DNA of 32,465 nt, from the IMG/VR virus record IMGVR_UViG_3300035520_000350, positions 1 to 32,465 of that record; one strand, 5' to 3'. This document shows, piece by piece, positions 1 to 8,758 of the stretch; position 1 is the stretch's first letter, and every line of letters starts with the position of its first letter. This stretch comes from a virus (lineage: Duplodnaviria; Heunggongvirae; Uroviricota; Caudoviricetes). The notes below the pieces were generated by a model, which was not told the DNA's origin, made no database searches, and saw only the letters and a list, made by a program, of their open reading frames with translations. The position numbers and the translations under genes are program-made.

Positions 1-1
1 T

Positions 2-187
2 CTGCATTGTAAGAGTTGGATCTCTTGGATCTACACCAGCCAAATCTCTATCGTATAAAACAAGAAAGAAAGCATTGTTCTTAATACCTTTCTGTTTTAA
101 GAAGTAATGCATATCTATAAAAGACTGGTTAGTGGTTTCCATTTGATAGTAGACTGTTTGTTGTGCCACAATCTGTGTTTGAACCAA
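2..187 (-). CDS. Terminase large subunit-like protein, N-terminal 62 codons (continues beyond left edge; not in ORF track)
   Basis: Minus strand reads TTG(187) VQTQIVAQQTVYYQMETTNQSFIDMHYFLKQKGIKNNAFFLVLYDRDLAGVDPRDPTLTMQ with no stop. GGAGGT RBS lies 7 nt upstream. Clearly homologous to the N-terminus of 13147..14175 (YYDLNPANKSFLDMHKYLKSVGVKNNKFMLTL...VDPYDPNL). Confidence 0.8.
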   Translation of the reverse strand, partial: MVQTQIVAQQTVYYQMETTNQSFIDMHYFLKQKGIKNNAFFLVLYDRDLAGVDPRDPTLTMQ

Positions 188-283
188 ACATACCACCTCC
201 TTTTATTTAGTAAGTTAAAATTTTACCGAACTATCGGATTCACATTTTAGTAACTATAAATCACGTTGTAAGGAGGTATTCTT

Positions 284-949
284 ATGGAAGTTACCACTAT
301 TGCTGGCGGTGTGATACTCGTAGTATTAATCATCGCTGTTTACTGTTACTACAAGTTTGCTGTTCCGAAGGACAGTGACAAGAACGCGGCATCAGAGTTT
401 ATCAAAGGATACTCAAACGTATTCGAGAAGACTATTGAGAAGATCATCGGAGAGATTGATATTACTCAATATCATACTGTAGAAGAGTTTGAGTCGGATA
501 TCTTTGCTATCGCCTATGATGAATGCTGGGACTACACATCAGGGGCTATTCAGGAGGCTCTATCTAATTCTACGATCGGCTCTTTGGTAGCAAAATGTAT
601 TACCAAAGAAAATGTAGAGACTATCGTCAGTCAAATTATTAATAGTAGGTATATCACAAAGATCGACGATATCGCTGCAGATAGAATCTCTCAGGCAAAC
701 GAGGAGGCTTTAGAAGCAGAGAAGAAAGCTCTGGAAGAGGCTGACTTGTATGAGTCTGGCGAGAAAGAAGTAGACGAGTATATTGATCCGAAAGATGATG
801 AGGAGGAAATGAATGGTACATTAAATCCTCCTACTGATGAGGAGGGAGCTTACAGTCCGGATGATAATAGCCAGGAGATAGTAGGTGATGTAAGTACTAC
901 TACTCTTAATCTTGATTCCGGTGATGATGGCTCTCCTGATGAAGAATAA
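284..949 (+). CDS. Hypothetical membrane-anchored protein with acidic C-terminal tail
   Basis: AAGGAGG RBS; hydrophobic N-terminal segment (IAGGVILVVLIIAVYCYY); D/E-rich C-terminal third. Confidence 0.85.
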   Translation: MEVTTIAGGVILVVLIIAVYCYYKFAVPKDSDKNAASEFIKGYSNVFEKTIEKIIGEIDITQYHTVEEFESDIFAIAYDECWDYTSGAIQEALSNSTIGSLVAKCITKENVETIVSQIINSRYITKIDDIAADRISQANEEALEAEKKALEEADLYESGEKEVDEYIDPKDDEEEMNGTLNPPTDEEGAYSPDDNSQEIVGDVSTTTLNLDSGDDGSPDEE

Positions 950-1025
950 TATCATTACATAATACTACACTCTGTACATATTGGTAATGATATAAAATTG
1001 GTTGATAAACTGCATCCTTAAACTT

Positions 1026-1054
1026 AAGGCATAGTGGATATTCCACTATGCCTT
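1026..1054. terminator. Hairpin between convergent genes (probable terminator)
   Basis: AAGGCATAGTGGA-tat-TCCACTATGCCTT, 13-bp perfect stem, followed by a T-run on +. Confidence 0.75.
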
Positions 1055-1063
1055 TTGTGTGTC

Positions 1064-2443
1064 TTATTTCTGTACTTCAATTCTTGTCTTACCAAACTCT
1101 GCTAAACTAGTCATAGTTTCGTTTACATACTTCCTATCAGCATATATTGCTATATAGACAGTTTCTTCATCCATATCTTCTAAGAAGTATAATTTCTTCT
1201 CTTCAAAGTCCATTCTAACTTTTACTTTACAAGCTCTATCATCATTACGGAATACTTGTATATCCATAAAAGCTAAAGGAGATATAAACTGTTTAAGATT
1301 ATACTCCATAACTATATCTAAATTCGTATTACCAGAGAAGACTTCTTTCATATCAACGAATTTCTCACCCTTATCGCATAGATAAGACGTTAAAGCGATT
1401 TGAGACCATCCTAGAGTGTTTTTCTCTGGTATCTCAAAGTCATTAAAAGAATATAAACCAATAGATCCTTTATCATTCTCGTGTATAGTGATACCACTGT
1501 CAAGATTATCTTGAGAGTAATATACATAGAAGTGTGGTACAGGCATTCTTAGCTCAGTAGCAAAGTCTAAGTTATAGTTATTATCTAACTGGTTAGTTCT
1601 CTCACCATCGTCCGGTGATATCTTATCTCTACATGCAATATGAGCATACATATCTCTTACTCTTATAAAAAACTCAGGCTTCTGATTTATAGCTCTAAGC
1701 TTATATAAGATAGGAAGATCAGAGTTAGCATTAAGATATGCTACAAACTGCATAGTGTCTTTGATAGTCTGAGTCTCTCTATTAACCTCAAACCCAGCCG
1801 CTTCTGCTATAGATAGCATTACATCTTTCGGAATATGGAAGTCAGCAGAGAAGTATTCTCTTTGAGTTGATCCTAATCTAAATGCTAACTCCATTTTCTT
1901 CATAAGATCTAACTGTTGAGCTCTAGTATTCACTCTTATTCTAAAAGCAAATCCCATCTTAATCTCCTGGAATTGTACTCCAAGATACTGATCTCTTTCC
2001 ATATCTCTAAAGAAAGACTGCTGATAGTTAGATCTTCTTAAGAATATAGAAGGATCAGCTAAGTATATATCAAGACCTTCTCTATCGTAATCAAACTCTA
2101 CAGTAGGTACTATAGCTAATACCGGATTCTCTCTCTTCACTACATTCTTATTAAGATACTTATAGTCATCTAAGACATGTTTACCGTTTATATATACTGT
2201 CTTAAAGTAGTCTTTGCCTAAACCCATACGTTCAAATCTCTCTAAAAACCAAGATCTCATATACTCTATAGCTAAGGAATATCCATGAATATAAGATGGT
2301 ACTGCAAGATCAGAATGTAATCTCTTTACTTTATATTCACCATGCTTGGTTCTTAGTCTAAGCTGATGCGTTCTATCTTCAGTATTGCCAAGAATATCAC
2401 CTATCTGGTCTATACTAACAGATTCTCTACTCATATCTAACAC
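1064..2443 (-). CDS. Conserved jumbo-phage hypothetical protein, possibly virion structural
   Basis: 459-aa ORF with GGAAGG RBS, preceded by the late-type motif AACT-N6-TA (2463-2474). The structural role is inferred only. Confidence 0.6.
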   Translation of the reverse strand: MLDMSRESVSIDQIGDILGNTEDRTHQLRLRTKHGEYKVKRLHSDLAVPSYIHGYSLAIEYMRSWFLERFERMGLGKDYFKTVYINGKHVLDDYKYLNKNVVKRENPVLAIVPTVEFDYDREGLDIYLADPSIFLRRSNYQQSFFRDMERDQYLGVQFQEIKMGFAFRIRVNTRAQQLDLMKKMELAFRLGSTQREYFSADFHIPKDVMLSIAEAAGFEVNRETQTIKDTMQFVAYLNANSDLPILYKLRAINQKPEFFIRVRDMYAHIACRDKISPDDGERTNQLDNNYNLDFATELRMPVPHFYVYYSQDNLDSGITIHENDKGSIGLYSFNDFEIPEKNTLGWSQIALTSYLCDKGEKFVDMKEVFSGNTNLDIVMEYNLKQFISPLAFMDIQVFRNDDRACKVKVRMDFEEKKLYFLEDMDEETVYIAIYADRKYVNETMTSLAEFGKTRIEVQK

Positions 2444-2480
2444 CCTTCCTTTCTGTTCTGATTATTATAAAGTTTTGAGG

Positions 2481-2498
2481 TATATATTATATATACGG
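2481..2498 (+). promoter_or_regulatory. Putative early-type phage promoter (TATATATTATATATACGG)
   Basis: Near-identical to 14228-14243; both precede clusters of small accessory genes in divergent intergenic regions. Confidence 0.5.
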
Positions 2499-2533
2499 TA
2501 ATCTAAAGTAAATTAAGAGAGGAGAAAAGACAA

Positions 2534-3127
2534 ATGAAAAAGTCATTAATGACTAAAATCCTAATCAAGTTAGGATACAAGAAAGTTATATTCAAGCCCG
2601 GAATCAACATAGTTGAGTTCCCAGACAAGTATGATGAAGCACGCAGAAGATTTCTGCAATATATTGCAGATACTCATTCGGAGGACGAAGTGAGGTTTAC
2701 CGGAAGGTGTGACTATCATATAAACAAAGCGACTAACGGCGATGACATTGAAGATCTTGCTACCAGAGAAGGTTGGAAGAATGTTGTTGTGATAGATGCT
2801 ATTAGCCAGTCTATCGATAATGTGTATGGATGTACTTATTGTGCTACAAGTGATTTCTATAAAAATCATAACTGTACAGACATTAATACATCCATATTAT
2901 TAGCGGATGGTTCGTGGGCTGTAGAGAATGGTGTTGTTGTTATTTTTCTTATCGACGATATTGCCAATCTTGACAATATCGAGTATGCTTATGAAACAAC
3001 TAGAAGCATATTATTCAACTTATCTGGAAGTTTCACTAAGTACAGAATTCAGCCAACTAAAGACTGCATGGAAATTAGCAGCAAAGATATCAAATTGAAC
3101 CAGATAGCATCAATATACTCAAAGTAA
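2534..3127 (+). CDS. Hypothetical protein
   Basis: 197-aa ORF, GAGGAG RBS, first gene of a co-directional cluster; no recognised motif. Confidence 0.8.
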   Translation: MKKSLMTKILIKLGYKKVIFKPGINIVEFPDKYDEARRRFLQYIADTHSEDEVRFTGRCDYHINKATNGDDIEDLATREGWKNVVVIDAISQSIDNVYGCTYCATSDFYKNHNCTDINTSILLADGSWAVENGVVVIFLIDDIANLDNIEYAYETTRSILFNLSGSFTKYRIQPTKDCMEISSKDIKLNQIASIYSK

Positions 3128-3140
3128 AGGAGAGAACAAA

Positions 3141-3710
3141 ATGTCAGACAATTTTTTATCAAAGGTATTAGGGATTAAGATGAGAGCATTTAACCCTAAT
3201 CCATCTCAGGATGTAGAGTCAATGGAAGACTTGTCCGATTGTTCAGTCAGAGCAATATGTGGCTTAACCGGATTTTCTTGGGAAGAAGTATACAAAGGTC
3301 TATTTCATGCTGGTCTAAAGAAACATCGTATGATGGACACAGGCAGATCAGAGCAAATTTATCTTGCAGAGTATGGTTATGTAAACATAGCACATTATCT
3401 GGATGACATTGAAACAGTTGCGGAGTTTCTTTATACGTATAAAGAAGGAGAATATATTGTAGGATGTGACGGTCATGTCTTCTATTATGCGGATGGAACT
3501 ATATATGACAACGCATATTGCATTGCAAGATTCGAGAGTTTATATACTAATGTAGTGAATATTGTGTTTGTCAGCATAGACAATCCTAAATTCCGCAAAG
3601 AGATCGATAAAGCACTATATGCTATAGAGACAATAAAAGACGCTGAAGCTTATCATACAGATAAGTTGAGAGCTATGTACGAGAATGCCATTAAGAGAGA
3701 AGAAATCTAG
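3141..3710 (+). CDS. Tandem paralog 1: putative papain-fold (C39-like) Cys-His protein
   Basis: NPNP...DCSVRAICGLTG.SWEEVY, GHVFY, IYDN motifs; AAGGAG RBS. Confidence 0.7.
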   Translation: MSDNFLSKVLGIKMRAFNPNPSQDVESMEDLSDCSVRAICGLTGFSWEEVYKGLFHAGLKKHRMMDTGRSEQIYLAEYGYVNIAHYLDDIETVAEFLYTYKEGEYIVGCDGHVFYYADGTIYDNAYCIARFESLYTNVVNIVFVSIDNPKFRKEIDKALYAIETIKDAEAYHTDKLRAMYENAIKREEI

Positions 3711-3722
3711 GGGAGGAAACAA

Positions 3723-4292
3723 ATGTCAGACATTTTCTTATTAAAGGAATTAGGAATAAAGACAGAAGTTTTTAACCCTAATCCATCTCAGGAAACTGAT
3801 TCAGTGTTAGATTTGCATGATTGCTCAATTAGAGCAATATGCGGTTTAACAGGAGAATCTTGGGAGGAAGTATATACAGGGTTATCTAATATAGGTCTTA
3901 CTCGTCACAGAATGATGAATGCATGTAGCGTTTTGGAAGAATATCTATCAAGATATGGATTTATCAATATAAAGTTTTATTTATATGATTTTACAAACCA
4001 ATTAGAGTTTATGCACAAATATAAAGAGGGTAGGTATATCATAATAGACAAAGAACATTGCTTCTATTATTCTAATGGAGTTATATATGATAATGCGAAC
4101 TCAATTGAGCATATAGAAGCATCGTATAGCAAAAAAATACGTGGTCTATTTGTATGTGTTACTAATCTTCAATTCAAATATGAAATTTCTAAAGCGTTAA
4201 CTAAATTAGAAAGTTCAAGTGAAGCTAAGGATTTTCATGCAGATAAGCTTAGAGCTATGTACGAGAATGCCATTAAAAGAGAAGAAATATAA
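3723..4292 (+). CDS. Tandem paralog 2: putative papain-fold (C39-like) Cys-His protein
   Basis: Same motifs (DCSIRAICGLTG, EHCFY, IYDN); starts 582 nt after copy 1. Confidence 0.7.
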   Translation: MSDIFLLKELGIKTEVFNPNPSQETDSVLDLHDCSIRAICGLTGESWEEVYTGLSNIGLTRHRMMNACSVLEEYLSRYGFINIKFYLYDFTNQLEFMHKYKEGRYIIIDKEHCFYYSNGVIYDNANSIEHIEASYSKKIRGLFVCVTNLQFKYEISKALTKLESSSEAKDFHADKLRAMYENAIKREEI

Positions 4293-4303
4293 GGAGGAAA
4301 TAA

Positions 4304-4885
4304 ATGTCAAGCAATTTTTTATCAGAGGCATTAGGAATAAAAACAAAAGTTTTTAACCCTAATCCAGATCAAGAAACTGATTCAAGTGAAGATAGATATG
4401 ATTGCTCAATTAGAGCAATATGCGGTTTAACAGGAGAATCTTGGGAGAACGTGTATACCGGATTATTTCGTATAGGTCTTGCTCGTCATAGAATGCTGAA
4501 CACACCTTATGTTGCAGAAGAATATCTATCAGAATATGGCTTTATAGATATAAAATCTTATTTAAATGATATCACTAACCCATTAGAGTTTATGTATAAA
4601 TACAAGAATGGTGAATATATCATGATTATCCCTGGTCATACTTTTTACTACTCTGATGGAACCGTATATGATAATGCACATTCAATAAAAAGGCAGGCAT
4701 TATATAGCTCCAAAATAATGTATCTGTTCGTATGCGTAAACAACCTTCTCTTTAAAGATGAGATTGCTAAAGCTTTATGCAGATTAGAGGAAACATGTGA
4801 TACAGAAGCTTTTCATGTAGATGCTCTCAAAAATATCTACAATAACGCTCTTGATGAAGAGTCCAGTAAAGTAGAACCTAAGTAA
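4304..4885 (+). CDS. Tandem paralog 3: putative papain-fold (C39-like) Cys-His protein
   Basis: Same motifs (DCSIRAICGLTG, GHTFY, VYDN); starts 581 nt after copy 2. Confidence 0.7.
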   Translation: MSSNFLSEALGIKTKVFNPNPDQETDSSEDRYDCSIRAICGLTGESWENVYTGLFRIGLARHRMLNTPYVAEEYLSEYGFIDIKSYLNDITNPLEFMYKYKNGEYIMIIPGHTFYYSDGTVYDNAHSIKRQALYSSKIMYLFVCVNNLLFKDEIAKALCRLEETCDTEAFHVDALKNIYNNALDEESSKVEPK

Positions 4886-4892
4886 ACAAAAA

Positions 4893-4934
4893 ATAAAAGG
4901 TAGCAGGGTATTCTCAAGCCCTGCTACCTTTTAT
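4893..4934. terminator. Bidirectional intrinsic terminator
   Basis: ATAAAAGGTAGCAGGG-N10-CCCTGCTACCTTTTAT, 16-bp perfect stem with A-tract before and T-tract after, between convergent genes. Confidence 0.85.
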
Positions 4935-4989
4935 CTTATTCTACGGAGGATTTGTTTTTTATGACTCTTTGCGCTTTACATATATGTTC

Positions 4990-5508
4990 TTACGACTCAC
5001 TAGTAGTAAGTATAATAAGCTTAGCTACAAGATTTTTATTAAGTTCCTCAACGAATTCTAAGTGATCATCTAGTTTAAACGTAAAGTTCGGATCTTCATC
5101 ATCAAGGTTCTCTTTAAAGATTCTATTATAAGAGTCTAATGCACACCATACCTCATTCTTATGCTTTATATTAAGATATATCAAAGAACCCATCATAAAT
5201 GGGAGTGACATACCCATCTTTACAATGTCTAGTCCATCTTTACTCAATAGCATAGATTGCATATAAGTATTATTGATAGATAGTATCAAGATATAGGAAT
5301 TAGTATCCCTAACCTTGAATACCTTACCAGACTTATATTTCTTATTAGGTGTAGTCTTACTTAAGTCTCTAGTACTAGTACTAGAGACTTTTGATGTTTC
5401 TGTCCCTCCAACAGAGTATTTAGCAACTATCTCTTCAAGCTCCCTCTTATAGTCACTAAACTTATCATCATCAACTACTGTCAATATATTGGATCTAACT
5501 CTTTTCAT
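4990..5508 (-). CDS. Hypothetical protein
   Basis: 172-aa ORF; start overlaps the upstream stop by 4 nt; AAGGAG RBS. Confidence 0.8.
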   Translation of the reverse strand: MKRVRSNILTVVDDDKFSDYKRELEEIVAKYSVGGTETSKVSSTSTRDLSKTTPNKKYKSGKVFKVRDTNSYILILSINNTYMQSMLLSKDGLDIVKMGMSLPFMMGSLIYLNIKHKNEVWCALDSYNRIFKENLDDEDPNFTFKLDDHLEFVEELNKNLVAKLIILTTSES

Positions 5509-6143
5509 TTATTGTTGTCTTCCTTTGTTAAGTATTCACTATTCTTACTTTCATAGATTTCCTCTTTATGAGATAGATCACTGATAGCAGTAATAATGGT
5601 AGAAGTTAAACCATCTGTCAGTAGTATCTTCTGGTTCAGATGCTGTTCTTCTATACCGTATTTAGCATATCCCTCACTATAATAGATCATCTTAAAGCCT
5701 TCATCATAACGAAGTTCTCTACTCTTCAGTTTAGGGATAACCTTTCTGAAGAATTGCAACTTATTGCGTACCCGGCTGTTAAAGCCACCTATTGAAAGAA
5801 TATCTTCGTTGGTAGCAATAAGAGTATTAACCCAGTACTCACTAAGTTCTTTTACATACATTACTCCATCAGGAGTGATATCGTATACGAGATAAAATAC
5901 CTTATCCATATGAATAGTGTCATCACTGGTATAAATACCACCTATCTCATACTTGTTATCTAACTTCTGGTCTAATGCATGTCTCTCAAACTCTTCCACA
6001 TGCACCCCTTCATGTAATGGATAGCTAGACATATTCCGGATATCTTCAAGAGTCTTCTCTAACTTGATAGCATCATCCTGACTAAGTACTACATCCAATA
6101 CAAGCCTTACATGTGAATTGTCTTTCTTCATCATAATTTTCAT
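5505..6143 (-). CDS. Hypothetical protein
   Basis: 212-aa ORF, ATGA overlap with the upstream gene, GAGGAG RBS. Confidence 0.8.
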   Translation of the reverse strand: MKIMMKKDNSHVRLVLDVVLSQDDAIKLEKTLEDIRNMSSYPLHEGVHVEEFERHALDQKLDNKYEIGGIYTSDDTIHMDKVFYLVYDITPDGVMYVKELSEYWVNTLIATNEDILSIGGFNSRVRNKLQFFRKVIPKLKSRELRYDEGFKMIYYSEGYAKYGIEEQHLNQKILLTDGLTSTIITAISDLSHKEEIYESKNSEYLTKEDNNK

Positions 6144-6502
6144 TTCTCCTCTACTTTGATTATATTTTCATACTGACTTAAGATAGGAATTCTATATCCT
6201 ACTACAGTAACCTCATAAGTATTACCTACTTCAAGTTTACCCTGGATATCAGAACTATTGAACTTAAATCTTATGAATAGATCTGTATTCTCAAATACAT
6301 GTATTTCTCCAGATTCATCCTTTGTAAATACTATGTACTTAGAATCTGCTGACTTATCATCAGAAGATTCATAGATACGATCTTTGTCAGTTACTGTTAC
6401 CACATAAGTATGGTCATTGAAGACTGTACTTACAGAGTATAATACTCCAATGATAATAGTAGCTACTACAAGACAAATAACAATAAATCTAGTCTTACTC
6501 AT
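6140..6502 (-). CDS. Membrane-anchored/secreted small protein, DUF1523-like phage family
   Basis: N-terminal hydrophobic helix; VFENTD...KFNSSDIQGKL...Y.V.V.G.RIP.LS.Y.NII pattern recalled from a widespread phage family; AAGGAGG RBS. Confidence 0.6.
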   Translation of the reverse strand: MSKTRFIVICLVVATIIIGVLYSVSTVFNDHTYVVTVTDKDRIYESSDDKSADSKYIVFTKDESGEIHVFENTDLFIRFKFNSSDIQGKLEVGNTYEVTVVGYRIPILSQYENIIKVEEK

Positions 6503-6529
6503 TCATCTCACCTCCTTTCAAAGATAAAA

Positions 6530-6559
6530 AGAGTAGGAGATATTAATATCTCCTACTCT
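6530..6559. terminator. 30-bp perfect palindrome downstream of the radical SAM cassette
   Basis: AGAGTAGGAGATATT|AATATCTCCTACTCT; the preceding + strand A-run gives a U-tail on the minus transcript. Confidence 0.7.
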
Positions 6560-6567
6560 AGAGTTCT

Positions 6568-7575
6568 TTACTTATTCTTCTTGTAATCCTGAACAAGATT
6601 ACCACAGCAAAGTGGAAGCTCTGCTTTAGCTGCTACGTCTACGATAACCTTTAAACCACAGCTCTCTACTCTTTCCTTGATCTTATTCATGTTCTCCCAG
6701 TTCCACTGTATTGCATCCTCAAGACCATGTTCTTTAGTAGCGTTTGTTACGTTCAAAGGTGTAATCTTTACACAGAACACATCAGGGTTCAATCCGTATA
6801 ACTTATCCGGATTAAGCTCCCATCCTGCTCCACAGATGAAGTTTAAAGTAATAAGTCTATTGCTGTTAGGCAAATAGTTAAACTCTTTCTTCATCTCTTC
6901 TATAGTTACTACATTAGCTCCACCAAACAAAGCTCTTCTTTCATCTTCGTTAGTAGAGTTTGTAGAGATCTGGATATGCATGAAACCATCCAGATATGCT
7001 TTAGTATACATTACATCTTCCTTAAGTACTTCTATCGGTCCTTTACCAAACACATTTACCTTAGGTAAGATAGTGTTGTAGCAAGGTAAGAAAGTGAATC
7101 CCTCTCTGTAATGTTTCATATCACTCATTACTTCGAGGATATTCTTCCAATTGTACTGTGGTTCTCCCATTCTGGCAAAACCTACCTTGATCTTGTCACT
7201 CTTAGTAACTTCCGGATGCTGAGCAAAGACAAACTCTAACTGCTCCCACATCTCTTCTTTACTAAGGTTTCCTCTGAAACCAAGTTCCGGTACTAAGCAG
7301 AACTGACACTTCTGTGGGCAACCATACTGGGTGCTGATAGCAGTTAGCCACTTCTCCTCATATGGTACAAGATTCTGCTTAATCAAAGATTCATCATCAG
7401 TCATGATGATTTCCTGAGACTTACCTTTTGTGTTTACATCCTGCATGGATGTAGTCTCGATATAGAAGTCTTTCTCCTTGTTGTATAACACGTATACACT
7501 TCCGCTAGGATACTTATACTCCTTTACTAACTCAAAGTGTTTACTTCCCAGTCCATTGTTTTCTAAGGTCTTCAT
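6568..7575 (-). CDS. RlmN/Cfr-like (class A) radical SAM methyltransferase homolog
   Basis: IETT (RlmN VETV/E105), ISTQYGCPQKCQFC (SSQVGCxxxCxFC), GFRGNLS, RMGEP (MGEP), C-terminal CCGNL (ACGQL/C355). Start reassigned to ATG 7575 (GGAGAGG RBS). Confidence 0.8.
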   Translation of the reverse strand: MKTLENNGLGSKHFELVKEYKYPSGSVYVLYNKEKDFYIETTSMQDVNTKGKSQEIIMTDDESLIKQNLVPYEEKWLTAISTQYGCPQKCQFCLVPELGFRGNLSKEEMWEQLEFVFAQHPEVTKSDKIKVGFARMGEPQYNWKNILEVMSDMKHYREGFTFLPCYNTILPKVNVFGKGPIEVLKEDVMYTKAYLDGFMHIQISTNSTNEDERRALFGGANVVTIEEMKKEFNYLPNSNRLITLNFICGAGWELNPDKLYGLNPDVFCVKITPLNVTNATKEHGLEDAIQWNWENMNKIKERVESCGLKVIVDVAAKAELPLCCGNLVQDYKKNK

Positions 7576-7981
7576 TTGCAATCCTCTCCTTTGCTTCATA
7601 TAGTATTCTATAAGCTGAACTCAATCCTGCTCTATCATCAAGCAGAATATTGTAGTATATCTTATCACCAGTGAATGGTATATAAGGTGGAGACTGGTTT
7701 ACATAGTCTACCTTAATACCAACACTTTCACAGTAATCAAGCATAAACTTGTTCTTTGATTCATCACAACAAGTGCTTAGAATCAGTGTACAACCCATAC
7801 TCTTACATTCCTTAAGTAAGTTTATTACTTTAGTATAGGTATACCCCTTATTGTAGTAATCATATATCACATTATCAAAGTCAAATGCGATAATGATACA
7901 GTTATGAGCTCTCCAGTTCTCAACTAATCTATCTACACATAGTTTATCATTGAGATATGGATCGTCTAATGGATATTCCAT
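7541..7981 (-). CDS. HAD-superfamily phosphatase
   Basis: Motif I IAFDFDNVI, motif II LST, motifs III/IV KIYYNILLDDR; AAGGAGG RBS. Confidence 0.8.
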   Translation of the reverse strand: MEYPLDDPYLNDKLCVDRLVENWRAHNCIIIAFDFDNVIYDYYNKGYTYTKVINLLKECKSMGCTLILSTCCDESKNKFMLDYCESVGIKVDYVNQSPPYIPFTGDKIYYNILLDDRAGLSSAYRILYEAKERIANEDLRKQWTGK

Positions 7982-7996
7982 TAATCTAGTCCTCCT

Positions 7997-8731
7997 TTAA
8001 GAACAAGACTGTTCGATGTCTTCATACTTCTTCATCCATATCTTTCTTTCTTCTTCACTATTGCCAAAGAAATACGGATACAGAGTATTGTTTGTTGTAA
8101 AGAAGTAGTTATGATACTCGCCATCCGGTAAGAACAATACTCCTTCTTCTGATATCTGGTCCTTTATAGCATTGAAGTTTTCATAAGCCTTTCTGTTACC
8201 AAACATCTGTCTAAATGTAATCTGCTTAACTCCAATACCTTTCATTGTCTCTATATAAGCTAAGCAGTCATCTTTAGTCATTCTCTCATTAAGTACATTG
8301 ATGACTCTTACCTTAGTACTTTCTTCAATATAGGGAAGCATTATTCTAAGTCTATTTATCATAAACTGATCATCCTTCTCTATACTGAGAGCAATCTTCC
8401 GGAACAATGGTACAAGTTGTGAACTCTTATCCGGAATGATTCTTGTATGTACGTCTAATCTCTTACCATAAGCTCTACCAATATCATAGACCTTATTGAA
8501 GAAATAAAAGTTGTCTTTATATCCATAGAATGGATCTCCTCCACCAGAGAGATTTATTGTCGGTGCATTTGATTCAGATACACACTTCTCTAAGTAGACC
8601 CAGTCTATCTTACTTACATCTGTCTTTTGATTCTGCAATATCGGATGATGTTTACTGATACAGTACTTACATCTCTGATCACATCCGAAATTGGTTATGA
8701 TAGTGAAACCTTTATTAGTTTCAGTATACAT
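7997..8731 (-). CDS. Radical SAM protein of unknown reaction
   Basis: ITNFGCDQRCKYC (CxxxCxxC) and LSGGGDP. Start reassigned to ATG 8731 (GGGAGG RBS). Confidence 0.8.
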   Translation of the reverse strand: MYTETNKGFTIITNFGCDQRCKYCISKHHPILQNQKTDVSKIDWVYLEKCVSESNAPTINLSGGGDPFYGYKDNFYFFNKVYDIGRAYGKRLDVHTRIIPDKSSQLVPLFRKIALSIEKDDQFMINRLRIMLPYIEESTKVRVINVLNERMTKDDCLAYIETMKGIGVKQITFRQMFGNRKAYENFNAIKDQISEEGVLFLPDGEYHNYFFTTNNTLYPYFFGNSEEERKIWMKKYEDIEQSCS

Positions 8732-8758
8732 AATGTACTTCCTCCCTTTCACAAGCAA

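Noticed and set aside
129-191. 20-codon out-of-frame ATG ORF overlapping the terminase-like start
   Set aside because: The ATG is only 3 nt from the SD, while the TTG has optimal spacing and gives the homologous protein. A regulatory role is possible but unsupported.
7997-8731. Calling the first radical SAM a viperin (ddhNTP synthase)
   Set aside because: Only the generic CxxxCxxC and a GGGDP variant are visible; I could not see viperin-specific N-terminal (NxHxxxxC) or C-terminal motifs.
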